This document shows, in pieces, positions 38,265 to 51,408 of a DNA stretch of 64,000 bases (positions are counted from its first letter, which is position 1; each line of letters opens with the position of its first letter). The position numbers were made by a program, and so were the translations under genes. Origin of the DNA: Myxococcota bacterium (GTDB lineage Bacteria; Myxococcota_A; UBA9160; JAFDDA01); NCBI GenBank assembly GCA_965228475.1, contig OZ245817.1:1760001-1824000 (forward strand), given 5' to 3'. A model generated the notes under the pieces. That model was given only the letters and a program-made list of their open reading frames with translations. It did no database searches and had not been told where the DNA came from.

Positions 38265-38648
38265 TCAGCCCTCGAGGGCCCGAGCGCAGTCGTCGAGGGT
38301 CGGGCACTCGCAGCGGGCGACGACCCGCAGGACGCGCTTCATGCGCTCGGCCTCCGCGATGCGGCGGTCGAGCTCGCCGAGCTTCTCGGCGGTGAGCGCG
38401 CGCCAGCGCGCCCCCGGCGGTTTGCGTCCGCCGAAACCGCGCACGAGCCGCTTGATCTCGGCGATCGTGAAGCCGGCGCTCTGGGCCAGCGCGATCAGGG
38501 AGAGACGCCCGACGATGCTTTCGTCGTAGACGCGCCTTCCGCTGCGCCGCGCGGCGCGAGGGATCAGGCCTTCCGCCTCGTAGTAACGGATCGCCGACGC
38601 CGCGATGCCCGCGCGCCGGGCGACCTCTCCGATGCCGAGTTCGGCCAT
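38265..38648 (-). CDS. MerR family regulator, SoxR-like
   Basis: IGEVARRAGIAASAIRYYEAEGLI, AQSAGFTIAEI, C-terminal CECPTLDDC. Confidence 0.92.
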   Translation of the reverse strand: MAELGIGEVARRAGIAASAIRYYEAEGLIPRAARRSGRRVYDESIVGRLSLIALAQSAGFTIAEIKRLVRGFGGRKPPGARWRALTAEKLGELDRRIAEAERMKRVLRVVARCECPTLDDCARALEG

Positions 38649-38704
38649 CCGCTCCCTCCTGCCTCGCCGCCCTTGGCGTTACCCTTCGCTCCGGAGGTTC
38701 CACC

Positions 38705-39808
38705 ATGTTGCTTCGCAATGCTCTCGCGCTCGCCCTTGCGATCCCGTCGCTCGCGCTCGCCGCCCCGCCCGAGCCCGGCGATGCCTACCGCGCGGGCTAC
38801 GCCGCGGCGGTGATCGAGCGCGAGCTCGGGCTGCGGGCCGAATCCCTCCAGGTCGAGGACGGCGTCCTCACCGTCCGCATCTCGGACCTCGGGCCCCACG
38901 AGCGCAGCCATCTCGCTTCGGCCCTCGGGACCATCGAGGGCATCGAGCGCGTCCGCATCCTCGGCCCCGACGACCCGATCCCGGCCGACGAAGCGCCGAC
39001 GCCGGCGGCGGTGACCGTCCAGGCCGACGACGACGAACCGAAGTGGGACATCCTCCCTTCGGGCCAGCTCTTCGAACCCCTGCTCGCGGACCCGCGCTGG
39101 CCGCACTTCTCCGCCAGCTACCAGAACTACGTGAGCAGCAAGGACGGGCTCGGCAACGTCGCCGCCGTGAGCTTCGGCGACGTGATCCCCTTCGCACGCC
39201 GGGCCCGCGCGGGCGACGGACGCTTCGAGATCGCGCTCCACGCCGCCGTCTTCTCGATCTTCGACATCGACGCCGACTCCTTCGATCTGATCAACTCGGA
39301 CTTCCTGGTCGGTCCCGCCTTCACCTATCGCCAGGGCAGCGTCTCGGCGATGCTGCGCGTCTTCCACCAGAGCTCCCACCTCGGCGACGAGTTCCTCCTG
39401 CGCATGGACACGGACCGCATCAACCTGAGCTACGAGGCGGTCGACATGCTCGTCTCCTGGGATCCGAACTCGTGGCTGCGCATCTACGGCGGCTGGGGCG
39501 TCCTCCTGCGGCGTGAGCCGGAGGACCTCGGGCGCGGCTCGCTCCAGATCGGCCTCGAGGCGCAGAGCCCGCGCACCTGGGCGGGCGGCACGCTCCGCCC
39601 GGTGTTCGCGCTCGACGTGCAGAGCCGCCAGGAGAGCGATTGGGACCTCGACATCTCCGCCCGCACCGGGCTCCAGATCGAGAGCCCGCGCCTGGCCGGC
39701 CGGAAGCTCCAGGTCCTGCTCGACTACTTCCAGGGCCAGTCGCCGAACGGCCAGTTCTTCGACCGCAAGATCGAGTACTGGGCGCTGGGAGCCCATCTCC
39801 ACTTCTAG
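38705..39808 (+). CDS. DUF1207-like outer-membrane protein
   Basis: Signal peptide; LFEPLLADPRWP, DLINSDF, FHQSSHLGDEFLL, terminal Phe. Confidence 0.8.
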   Translation: MLLRNALALALAIPSLALAAPPEPGDAYRAGYAAAVIERELGLRAESLQVEDGVLTVRISDLGPHERSHLASALGTIEGIERVRILGPDDPIPADEAPTPAAVTVQADDDEPKWDILPSGQLFEPLLADPRWPHFSASYQNYVSSKDGLGNVAAVSFGDVIPFARRARAGDGRFEIALHAAVFSIFDIDADSFDLINSDFLVGPAFTYRQGSVSAMLRVFHQSSHLGDEFLLRMDTDRINLSYEAVDMLVSWDPNSWLRIYGGWGVLLRREPEDLGRGSLQIGLEAQSPRTWAGGTLRPVFALDVQSRQESDWDLDISARTGLQIESPRLAGRKLQVLLDYFQGQSPNGQFFDRKIEYWALGAHLHF

Positions 39809-39867
39809 GAGCCCGCGCTGGCCCGGCCGCGCCCCATCTGGTTTCCTCCCGGTCTGCTTCCGGCGCT

Positions 39868-39952
39868 GCCCCGATGCTGGAACTGGTAGACAGGACGGGC
39901 TTAGAACCCGTTGCCTTCGGGCGTGCAGGTTCGAACCCTGCTCGGGGCACCA
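39868..39952 (+). tRNA. tRNA-Leu(TAG)
   Basis: GCCCCGA...TCGGGGCACCA; anticodon arm ACGGG-CTTAGAA-CCCGT; long variable arm; upstream of tig. Confidence 0.95.
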
Positions 39953-40042
39953 TGCCTGCCCGGGGCACCGCGGCCCCCGCCCGGGCCCGCCGGGTCTGCT
40001 AGCGTCCCCGCTCGTTCCCCCTCCCATCTCTGGAGACCATTC

Positions 40043-41353
40043 GTGGCCAAGGATTCGCCGTCCATCGAGGTATCGACCGCCGAGGAAGGGGCCGTGCGCC
40101 GCACGGTCTCGGTGACGGTCCCGGTCGAAGAGGTCGCCAAGGCCTTCGAGAAGGTCTTCACCCAGCTCGGCAAGCACGCCCGCGTGAAGGGGTTCCGCCC
40201 GGGCAAGGTCCCGCGCAACGTGATCAAGAAGCTCCACGGCGCGACGGTCGGCGAGGAGGTCGAGCGGCTGCTCGTGGGCCAGACCCTCGAGGACGCCATC
40301 GAGCAGAGCGAGGCCCAGCCGGTGGTCGAGCCCACCATCGACGCCGACGTTCCGAAGGAAGGGGAGGCCTTCTCCTACCGCGTCGGGATCGAGGTGAAGC
40401 CGACCTTCCAGCTCGGCGAACTCCAGGGCCTGCCGGCGAAGAAGCCCAAGGTGCTGGTCGGGAGCGACGCGGTCGACCGCGAGCTCGAGACCCTGCGCGA
40501 GCGCAACGCGCCCTGGGTCGAGGTCGACGAAGGCACCGCGGCCGAGAGCGGGAACACCCTGACGATCGACTTCGAGGGCAGCATCGACGGCGTGCCCTTC
40601 GAAGGCGGCGCCGCCAAGGATCACTCCCTCGAGCTCGGCTCGGGCCGCTTCATCCCGGGCTTCGAGGAGCAGCTCGAAGGCGCCGTGGCCGGAGAGGACC
40701 GCGAGGTGAACGTGACCTTCCCCGCGGACTACGGCAGTGAAGCGCTGGCGGGCAAGGACGCGCTGTTCAAGGTGAAGGTGCACAGCATCCAGCGGCGCGA
40801 CATCCCGGAGCTCGACGACGAGTTCGCGAAGGATCTGGGCGAGTTCGAGACCCTGGCCGAGCTGCGAGACCGGATCGAGGCGGACCTCACGAAGGGCGCC
40901 GAGGAGCGTTCGAAGAGCGCCCTCGAGCGCAGCGTCGTCGAGGCGCTGATCGAGCGCACGCCCTTCGAGGTCGGCCCGGGCCTGGTGGATCGCCAGCTCC
41001 AGAACCGGCTCGCGGGTGCGCACCAGCAGCTGCAGCACTCGGTTCCGCACGAGGCGCTCCACGAGCAGCTCACGCGCTGGCGCGAGGAGTGGCGGCCCCA
41101 GGCCGAGCAGGAAGTACGCGAGATGCTGCTGCTCGGCGCGGTCGCCGAGGAGCGCGAGATCGACGTCACGGAAGAGGACGTCGACGCCAAGATCGCGGAG
41201 CTGGCCGAAGGGCAGGGCGCCGACCCGGCGAAGGTGCGCGCGGCCTACGAGGAGCGCGACCTGATCGACAGCCTGAAGAGCCAGCTGCGCGACGAGAAGG
41301 CCTTGGCCTGGCTCTGCGACGAGGCTAAAGTCGAAGAAGTTACGGACGGTTAG
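40043..41353 (+). CDS. tig: Trigger factor
   Basis: GFRPGKVP, IDFEGSIDG, FIPGFEEQL, LDDEFAK; GTG start after GGAG. Confidence 0.96.
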   Translation: MAKDSPSIEVSTAEEGAVRRTVSVTVPVEEVAKAFEKVFTQLGKHARVKGFRPGKVPRNVIKKLHGATVGEEVERLLVGQTLEDAIEQSEAQPVVEPTIDADVPKEGEAFSYRVGIEVKPTFQLGELQGLPAKKPKVLVGSDAVDRELETLRERNAPWVEVDEGTAAESGNTLTIDFEGSIDGVPFEGGAAKDHSLELGSGRFIPGFEEQLEGAVAGEDREVNVTFPADYGSEALAGKDALFKVKVHSIQRRDIPELDDEFAKDLGEFETLAELRDRIEADLTKGAEERSKSALERSVVEALIERTPFEVGPGLVDRQLQNRLAGAHQQLQHSVPHEALHEQLTRWREEWRPQAEQEVREMLLLGAVAEEREIDVTEEDVDAKIAELAEGQGADPAKVRAAYEERDLIDSLKSQLRDEKALAWLCDEAKVEEVTDG

Positions 41354-41561
41354 CGGCTGGCCGGCGGCGCGTTTGCGCTCCGGTTTCCCCGCTGCCGCCG
41401 GCCGCTGACGGGCCCCCGGGCCCCGCTCTGCAGGCCCCGGACTCCCTCCAGGTCCGCCCCGGATTCCCCGCCGCACTGCGTCGGGCGCGCCCGGTGTCCA
41501 ATGGTTAGCATCCGAACGGGATCGCCCTGCGGGGCCGTCCGTATCTGGGAGACCCGCTGAA

Positions 41562-42226
41562 ATGGCTCTGGTTCCGATCGTCGTCGAGCAGGATCACCGC
41601 GGAGAGCGCGCGTACGACATCTATTCCCGGCTGCTGCGGGATCGCATCATCTTCCTCGGCCAGCCCGTCGACGACGACATCGCCAACCTCATCATCGCCC
41701 AGCTCCTCTTCCTCGAAGCCGAGGATCCGGAGAAGGACGTCGCCCTCTACATCAACTCGCCGGGCGGCTCGGTCACGGCCGGCCTCGCCATCTATGACAC
41801 GATGCAATACGTCCGCCCCGAGGTGTCGACCATCTGCATGGGGCAGGCCGCCTCGATGGGCGCCTTCCTGCTCGCAGGCGGTGCGCAAGGCAAGCGCTAC
41901 GGGCTGCCGAACTCGCGCATCCTGATTCATCAACCGATGGGCGGGTTCCAGGGGCAGGCGACAGAGATCGACATCCAGGCCCGCGAGATCCTGAAGCTTC
42001 GCGAGAACCTGAACGGGCTTCTTGCCCATCACACGGGCCAGACGATCGAAAAGATCGCTGCAGATACCGACCGCGATTATTATATGTCGGGTGAAGAGGC
42101 GAAGGAGTACGGCCTGATCGACCACGTCGTCGACCGACGCGAGGTCATGGCCAAGCCCAACGGCTCGAGTGCTTCTGGCAGCAGCGGCACGGGGAAGAAC
42201 GGAAAGAACGGAGGCGGGAGCGACGC

Positions 42227-42230
<4 letters not shown>
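41562..42230 (+). CDS. clpP: Clp protease proteolytic subunit
   Basis: [33 protein letters not shown]. Confidence 0.98.
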
Positions 42231-43474
<1,244 letters not shown>

Positions 43475-43558
43475 AGCGGCCACGCTTGCACCTCTTGCGG
43501 CCACCCTCCGCCGGCGAGCTATCCTTGGACCAAGCGGACGAATTCCGCCGGGGAGCTG

Positions 43559-46057
<2,499 letters not shown>

Positions 46058-46151
46058 TCGGCCGCGGGCCCCTCAGGGCCTTCCCGCCAGCCCCCGGTAG
46101 ATTCTCTCTGCCGAATAGGCTGAAATGGCCTCGCGCCCAGGGAGAGCTGCC

Positions 46152-46787
46152 ATGCGGAAGATCTTGATCGCCCTCTCGATGGCCGCGAGCATCGCGGCCG
46201 GGTTCGAGGCCCGGGCCGTGACGCTCCTGGCCGACGACCGCTACGTCTTCTCTTCATCGGTCTACCGCCCGCCGACCGGTGGCGAGACGGTCTACTGGGA
46301 CGAGCGTCAGGATCCGGCGGCTCCCTATGCCGCCTTCGACGCCAACGTCCAGAGCGTCACCCAGACCTCTACCGTGACACCGACGAGCATGGTGGCCGTG
46401 GGGGAGGGTTGGCACTACGAAGACCCGCAAGACGACTTCACCAACCGCGACGTCTCCCAGTTCTCGATCACTTTCTCCGTCGCCGCCGGCACCGGCTACC
46501 ACGTCGTCTTCGAGTACGGCCAGAACGCCGGCATCGAACTCGAGAACCTCGACACCGGTCAGTTCGTCAGTTTCAGCGAGCAGGACGACGGCTACGGCAC
46601 CTACCTCGCGGATGCATCGGGCACCCTGGATGCTGCGACCTACCGCATCCGAGCCTGGGCCGAAGAGGGCGGCGTGCACCAGGACCCGGGCCACTATGAC
46701 CTCGCCCTGACGCTGATCCCCGAACCGGGCGCCGCGATCCTCCTCGTCGTAGCCGCCTTCGCCACACTCCCCCGCCGACGCCCCTAG
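46152..46787 (+). CDS. PEP-CTERM surface protein
   Basis: Signal peptide; C-terminal IPEPG + TM + RRR. Confidence 0.82.
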   Translation: MRKILIALSMAASIAAGFEARAVTLLADDRYVFSSSVYRPPTGGETVYWDERQDPAAPYAAFDANVQSVTQTSTVTPTSMVAVGEGWHYEDPQDDFTNRDVSQFSITFSVAAGTGYHVVFEYGQNAGIELENLDTGQFVSFSEQDDGYGTYLADASGTLDAATYRIRAWAEEGGVHQDPGHYDLALTLIPEPGAAILLVVAAFATLPRRRP

Positions 46788-46797
46788 TCCACCTCGG

Positions 46798-46903
46798 GCC
46801 CGCGGGCGCAGGCGAAAGACTGGCAAGGCGCGCAAGCGAAGGCGTACTCTGAGTACGTCGAGCGCAGCGCAACGCCGCCAGGCTTTCGCCTGCGCCCGCG
46901 GGC
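46798..46903. repeat. 106-bp palindromic element (MITE/REP-like) abutting tRNA-Val
   Basis: 27-bp inverted arms with one mismatch; internal CGTACTC-T-GAGTACG dyad at 46843-46857. Confidence 0.75.
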
Positions 46904-46975
46904 GTGTAGCTCAGATGGGAGAGCGCCTGGTTTACACCCAGGAGGTCGGCGGTTCGATCCCGTCCGCGCCTACCA
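46900..46975 (+). tRNA. tRNA-Val(TAC)
   Basis: Anticodon arm CCTGG-TTTACAC-CCAGG; GGTTCGA; ACCA end. Confidence 0.95.
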
Positions 46976-47044
46976 GCGCAACGCATACGCAACTCCGCGT
47001 CGCCCCTCGTCAAGGCACTCCCGCGAAACGCCGATGTTCCCAGG

Positions 47045-47578
47045 ATGCGACTCGCACTCCTGGCCGCCTGCCTCCTCCTCGCCGCGCCCGCCGCGGCGGA
47101 GATCTACCGCTGGACCGACGAGAAGGGCCAGGAGCACTTCACCATGGAGCTCCATCGCGTGCCCGCGCAGTACCGCGGCCAGGCGAAGAAGAACCAGGTG
47201 CTCGAGAGGGCCAAGGCCGACCCGGACCCGGCCCCGATCAACACGATGACGACGAACGATGCGGCCAAGACCCGCCGCGCGCTCAGCCCCCGTTACTCGA
47301 GGGGGCGGTACTCCGCTCCGGCGGCCGCGAGTTCGAGCCGGTGCGCCTCCTGGCAGCGCAGCAAGGCCCAGAAGCTCGAGGACAAGATCCGGCGCTACGA
47401 GCAGAAGGTCGAGCTCTACGAGAACCAGGAGCGCAAGCTCGTGCGCCTCGAAGACCGGCTCCGGGCCGAGAACAACGTCGAGCGCTACGAGCTGCTGCTC
47501 GAGCAGGCCGAGGACGAGTACGAGCGCTTCCGCTCGGACATGCGCCAGCGCGGCGTCGAGCCCGGCTGCCTGCGCTGA
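47045..47578 (+). CDS. DUF4124-like secreted protein with coiled-coil tail
   Basis: Signal peptide then EIYRWTDEKGQEHFT...VP..YR. Confidence 0.8.
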   Translation: MRLALLAACLLLAAPAAAEIYRWTDEKGQEHFTMELHRVPAQYRGQAKKNQVLERAKADPDPAPINTMTTNDAAKTRRALSPRYSRGRYSAPAAASSSRCASWQRSKAQKLEDKIRRYEQKVELYENQERKLVRLEDRLRAENNVERYELLLEQAEDEYERFRSDMRQRGVEPGCLR

Positions 47579-47692
47579 CGCCAGCGCGCCGCCCGGCCGC
47601 CCGGGCCCCCAGACGCCACCGCTTTGCTTTCCCACCCTCGGGAGCCCGTGGGGTAGACTCCCGCGCGGACCGAAGCGCCCGAGGAGGAGCCC

Positions 47693-48352
47693 ATGGCCGA
47701 GTTTCCCGCGTCCCCGATCCCGCCCAAGGAATTCATGGAGGACTGGCTGCCCGGTGCCTTCGCCGACGCCGATCTCCCGCCCGGCAGCGAAAACGTCGAC
47801 GTGAAGCTCGGCGTGCAGCTCGACGGCTCCGACGGCGGCGAGTGGGTCGTCCACCTCGACAAGGGGAGCATGTCCGTCGCGTCCGGCTCGCGCGAGGAGG
47901 CGGCCTTCACCGTCGTGCAGACCGTCGAAGATTGGCGCGGCGCGCTCTGGGAAGGGCGGGGCGGCGCCTTCGGCCAGGGGGCGGTCGCGATGTTCAAGCC
48001 CGGCGCGGCCCAGGCGGCGGCGAGCGCCGGCGGCATGGGGGCGGCGACGCCGAGCCCCGCGGCTCTCGAGCAGATGAAGGCCCTCGACGGCGTGATCCGC
48101 ATGGTCGTGGCCGGCGGCGAGGGCGGCGACTGGAGCGTCGCCTTCAAGCTCGGCCCCGGCGCGATCCCGGAAGAGGCCACCACCACCGTGACCATCACCG
48201 CGGAGGACGCGGACGCGATGTCGACCGGCGAGCTCGACCCGATGCAGGCCTTCATGGCCGGGCGCATCCAGGTGGCGGGCGACATGGCGCTGATGATGCA
48301 GATGCAGGCCATCCAGATGCAGGCGGCGGCCGCCGCCGGAACGGGGAGCTAG
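47693..48352 (+). CDS. SCP2 sterol/lipid-binding domain protein
   Basis: GELDPMQAFMAGRIQVAGDM; an earlier GSDGGEWVV segment suggests a second, partial SCP2 unit. Confidence 0.82.
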   Translation: MAEFPASPIPPKEFMEDWLPGAFADADLPPGSENVDVKLGVQLDGSDGGEWVVHLDKGSMSVASGSREEAAFTVVQTVEDWRGALWEGRGGAFGQGAVAMFKPGAAQAAASAGGMGAATPSPAALEQMKALDGVIRMVVAGGEGGDWSVAFKLGPGAIPEEATTTVTITAEDADAMSTGELDPMQAFMAGRIQVAGDMALMMQMQAIQMQAAAAAGTGS

Positions 48353-48354
48353 CC

Positions 48355-48789
48355 ATGGGCGAAGTGATCGTGCGCCGCCGCGTCGGCGCCTCGGCGGACA
48401 CCGTCTGGGATCTCATGTCGAACTTCGGCGGCCTCGTCGAGTGGAACGAGGGCATCGAGAGCTGCACGCTCGAGGGCGAAGGCGTTGGCGCCGTTCGCAC
48501 CCTCGGCATGCCGGGCGGGCTCACCATCCAGGAGCGGCTCGAGACCCACGAGGCCGGAGACAAGCACTACGCCTACGCCATCGTCGGCGGAACGCCGCTG
48601 CCCTTCACGGACTACCTCGCCCACGTCCGCATCGAGGAGGCGGGCGACGACGCCTGCCTCGTCGACTGGCGCAGCAGCTTCGAGGCCGAGGACGCGGCCG
48701 TCGCCACCAAGATCATCACCGGCATCTACGCCAGTGGTCTGGCGGCGGTGGGCAAGCACCTCGGCGTGGGCGTCGAGCACGTCGACTAG
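48355..48789 (+). CDS. SRPBCC (START-like) family protein
   Basis: ASADTVWDLMSNFGGL..W, GVGAVRTL, IQERL. Confidence 0.85.
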   Translation: MGEVIVRRRVGASADTVWDLMSNFGGLVEWNEGIESCTLEGEGVGAVRTLGMPGGLTIQERLETHEAGDKHYAYAIVGGTPLPFTDYLAHVRIEEAGDDACLVDWRSSFEAEDAAVATKIITGIYASGLAAVGKHLGVGVEHVD

Positions 48790-48810
48790 GGCACGGCGGC
48801 CAACGGCGGA

Positions 48811-49251
48811 CTAGCGGCGGCGCCCCTCGCGCAGCGGGATCGGCAGGCTCGGGGTGAGTTCGACCGCCACCCAGGGCCCGCGGAAGAGCAGGGTGCGCCG
48901 CAGGGCGAGCATCCGGTCGCGGAAGCCGTACTTCTCGCGGAACTGGCGGTTCCAGGCCGCGATGAGCTTCGGGTCCTCGTGGATCGTGCCCCGGAAGTGC
49001 TCCCGGGCGCCGGGGACGATGAAGTCGCAGCGGGGCTCGCGCCGCAGCCGCTCGACCCAGGCCGCCCCCGCCTCGCCGCGGACGACCACCCGGCCGGCCT
49101 CGCCCTCGACGTACCAGAGCTGGGTGGGCTGGCGGACGTCGTTTTCGTCGAGGGTGCGGAGCTGGCCGACCCCGCCGAGGCTCGGCGCCACGCCCAGCAC
49201 GACGACGAGCCCCAAGAGGAGCCAGCCGGCGATCCTGCCCACCCGCGCCAT
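48811..49251 (-). CDS. Hypothetical protein, possible split-barrel (DUF2255-like) fold with N-terminal TM
   Basis: TQLWYVE, WVERLRREP, FREKYG. Confidence 0.55.
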   Translation of the reverse strand: MARVGRIAGWLLLGLVVVLGVAPSLGGVGQLRTLDENDVRQPTQLWYVEGEAGRVVVRGEAGAAWVERLRREPRCDFIVPGAREHFRGTIHEDPKLIAAWNRQFREKYGFRDRMLALRRTLLFRGPWVAVELTPSLPIPLREGRRR

Positions 49252-49332
49252 CCCCGGAATCTAACGAGGCGCCAGGAAGCCCGCCCCAACCGCTAGCCAG
49301 CCGCGCCCCGCTGGGCTAAAAAGCACGGCTCC

Positions 49333-49409
49333 GGGACGGTAGTTCAATCGGTTAGAGCACTGGCCTGTCACGCCAGAAGTTGCGGGTTCGAGTCCCGTCC
49401 GTCCCGCCA
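49333..49409 (+). tRNA. tRNA-Asp(GTC)
   Basis: GGGACGG...CCGTCCCGCCA; anticodon arm CTGGC-CTGTCAC-GCCAG. Confidence 0.96.
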
Positions 49410-49625
49410 TTTCCCTTCAAAACCAATTGCTTGTGGAGTCAACCCGTCATTGGGGGTGGCTCTGGGAGTGAATTGACACGTTAGTGTGTAGTTTGGAGCT
49501 TGCGGTCGAGCCGTGGCGCTAGCGTTCGCGGCTGACGACTAGCCGCCTGGGAAAGCCCCGGCGATGGATGCGGTGTGGTTCGGCGGACGGCACCGGCTGG
49601 CTTTTAGCAGGCGGCCCTGGCCCAG

Positions 49626-50141
49626 TCAGTCGATCGGTTGGCTACGCCTCATCTCGAACATGAGGTTGCCAACTTTTTCCGCCGTTCCATTGATTCGCGC
49701 TGCCAGATCCCGCAGGTCCTCGGCCGCTACCGGCTCTGAGGATTCGGAGGGCTCGCGCCTCATGATCTCTGGATCGCTCAGCGACTGCCACCAAGCGATG
49801 TGGACTGCTCGGCCCCGCTCTCCGGCTAGGTTCGATACCTCACCCTTGAGACGCCGGAGGTCACCGAGAAGCTCCCCCGGGACCTCGCCAGACTTGATGA
49901 CGATGTCGAAGAGAGCCTCGAGGCTGCGGATCGTCTTCAGTAGCTGGATTCCGATTCCGTGACTCGGTTGGGCCACCTGTAGGAAAAGTGAGTGCACTCT
50001 GTTCTCGAGATGCGACCACTCAAAGGCTACCGATCCGATCGCCTCTCGTTGCTCTCCGGAGAGCTCCGACACATGCCAACCGCCTGAGGCACGAAGCTTC
50101 TCTTTCCACCGGTCGCGACTTCCTATCGGGAACTGGGCCAT
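49626..50141 (-). CDS. Hypothetical helical protein, possible HEPN-like
   Basis: AIGSVAFEWSHLE helix and a later R-x4-H (RGRAVH) followed by W. Confidence 0.55.
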   Translation of the reverse strand: MAQFPIGSRDRWKEKLRASGGWHVSELSGEQREAIGSVAFEWSHLENRVHSLFLQVAQPSHGIGIQLLKTIRSLEALFDIVIKSGEVPGELLGDLRRLKGEVSNLAGERGRAVHIAWWQSLSDPEIMRREPSESSEPVAAEDLRDLAARINGTAEKVGNLMFEMRRSQPID

Positions 50142-50370
50142 GCGGAGAGGGTAGGGTCAATCGCAGGTCGTCGCAGGCGTCGCCCATCTGCCTTGGGTCC
50201 GACGCCCAAGCTGGGTCTGCGTGTGCTCCCGCTCCGCCTCTTCGGGATTAAGCGTCCGGCGTGGCTATTGTAGTAAGATGCCCAGCCTGCAAGCTCGAAG
50301 CGGCGACTCGGTCCTCTTCCAGCGGTGTCGCTCCCAACTGCTCCTCGGGTTGTCGTAAAAGGAATGCTCA

Positions 50371-51249
50371 GTGCGACTTCTCGCCCTGCTCTTGTTCTTA
50401 GTAGCTCCATGTCAGGCGCACGCAGGCGAACAGCTTTTCGTTCCCGTCGGCCATGTTCTCGACGATGAAGAGCCGGGAATCGAGCTGGACATATACAAGT
50501 ATCGAGGGATGCGAACGAAGTTCCCATTCTTGGTGACGATCAGCCGGCACGGCCATCCCGTTGCTCTGGGCGGTGTGGTAGGAAGCCGAAGCGTTGTCGT
50601 TACGAACGCTCACGTCTTCTACGGCAAGGACGGAAAGCTTCTCGCCCCGATCGAGGAATACAATATCGTCTGGGGGCCGCCCTTAGGGGCTGAAGCGGAA
50701 GTTCACAGCATCCCCAGCATTCGTTCGATTACCTTCGGATCCACCACGACGAAGCAGAGCGCTGAGAGACTCGATTTTGCTGTTGTCAAGCTGGAGAAGC
50801 CGATCGCGCGAGCCGTACCGTTGGAGCTCCCGCTCGATATCGACGACATGCTCTCAAGAGACCGTCGATTCGAGATGGTCACAATGCGAAGGGGGGTCAG
50901 TGAGGGGGGGTACATTTCGACGAGCCAGCTTGCGATAGCGGGGCGGCTACTTGATGAGGAGGACCTGCCCGATCTGCGCAGTTTGCCGAACCTAGCTGCG
51001 TACGAAAAAACCACCTACCCAACTTCCTCGGGGAGCCCTGGGGTTCTCCTGCGCAACGGCGTCGTATTCCTGGGCTTCATTCACAAGGGCAGTGGCCAAT
51101 CGATAGGGAGACTCGAGGGCATTCGGAAGAGCCACGGTCACGATGTCAATGCAGAGGGTTGGGTTCAGGACCCTAAAGCCGTGACATACAACATTGGTGT
51201 GTTGGCAAGAGGAGCGTTCCTAGAGGCGATCAAGGCCGCGACGAGATAG
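50371..51249 (+). CDS. Secreted trypsin-like serine protease (divergent)
   Basis: Signal peptide; VVTNAHV (His), LDFAVVKL (Asp), PTSSGSP (Ser), GFIH; AAAGGA RBS. Confidence 0.72.
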   Translation: MRLLALLLFLVAPCQAHAGEQLFVPVGHVLDDEEPGIELDIYKYRGMRTKFPFLVTISRHGHPVALGGVVGSRSVVVTNAHVFYGKDGKLLAPIEEYNIVWGPPLGAEAEVHSIPSIRSITFGSTTTKQSAERLDFAVVKLEKPIARAVPLELPLDIDDMLSRDRRFEMVTMRRGVSEGGYISTSQLAIAGRLLDEEDLPDLRSLPNLAAYEKTTYPTSSGSPGVLLRNGVVFLGFIHKGSGQSIGRLEGIRKSHGHDVNAEGWVQDPKAVTYNIGVLARGAFLEAIKAATR

Positions 51250-51408
51250 TCCCAGCGAGGGCACCTGTGGGGGTGGCCTTGGGGGCTGCTCTCAGGCTTG
51301 GGGGTGGTTCGCTAAGTCCTTGAAGTCATTACGGAACGTCTTTGGGTCGATCAGGTTCGAGTCCCGTCCGTCCCGCCACCCCGCCTCTTCGTCCAACCCG
51401 ACCTCGGC

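Larger units (their letters stand above)
49385..51378. mobile_element. About 2-kb genomic islet integrated at tRNA-Asp, no integrase
   Basis: Exact 25-bp direct repeat GGTTCGAGTCCCGTCCGTCCCGCCA at 49385-49409 and 51354-51378; interior visibly more AT-rich than the flanks. Confidence 0.88.

Noticed and set aside
38265..38648. Assigning the symbol soxR
   Set aside because: Lacks the complete four-Cys 2Fe-2S motif.
32874..39867. Possible island between tRNA-Lys and tRNA-Leu
   Set aside because: No att duplication noticed, no integrase, composition like the host.
50230..50310. Minus-strand peptide ELAGWASYYN resembling an IS integrase-core or maturase fragment
   Set aside because: Too short; no other catalytic motifs or terminal repeats.
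51340..51378. Second tRNA-Asp gene
   Set aside because: Only the 3' 25 nt are present; this is the att duplication.
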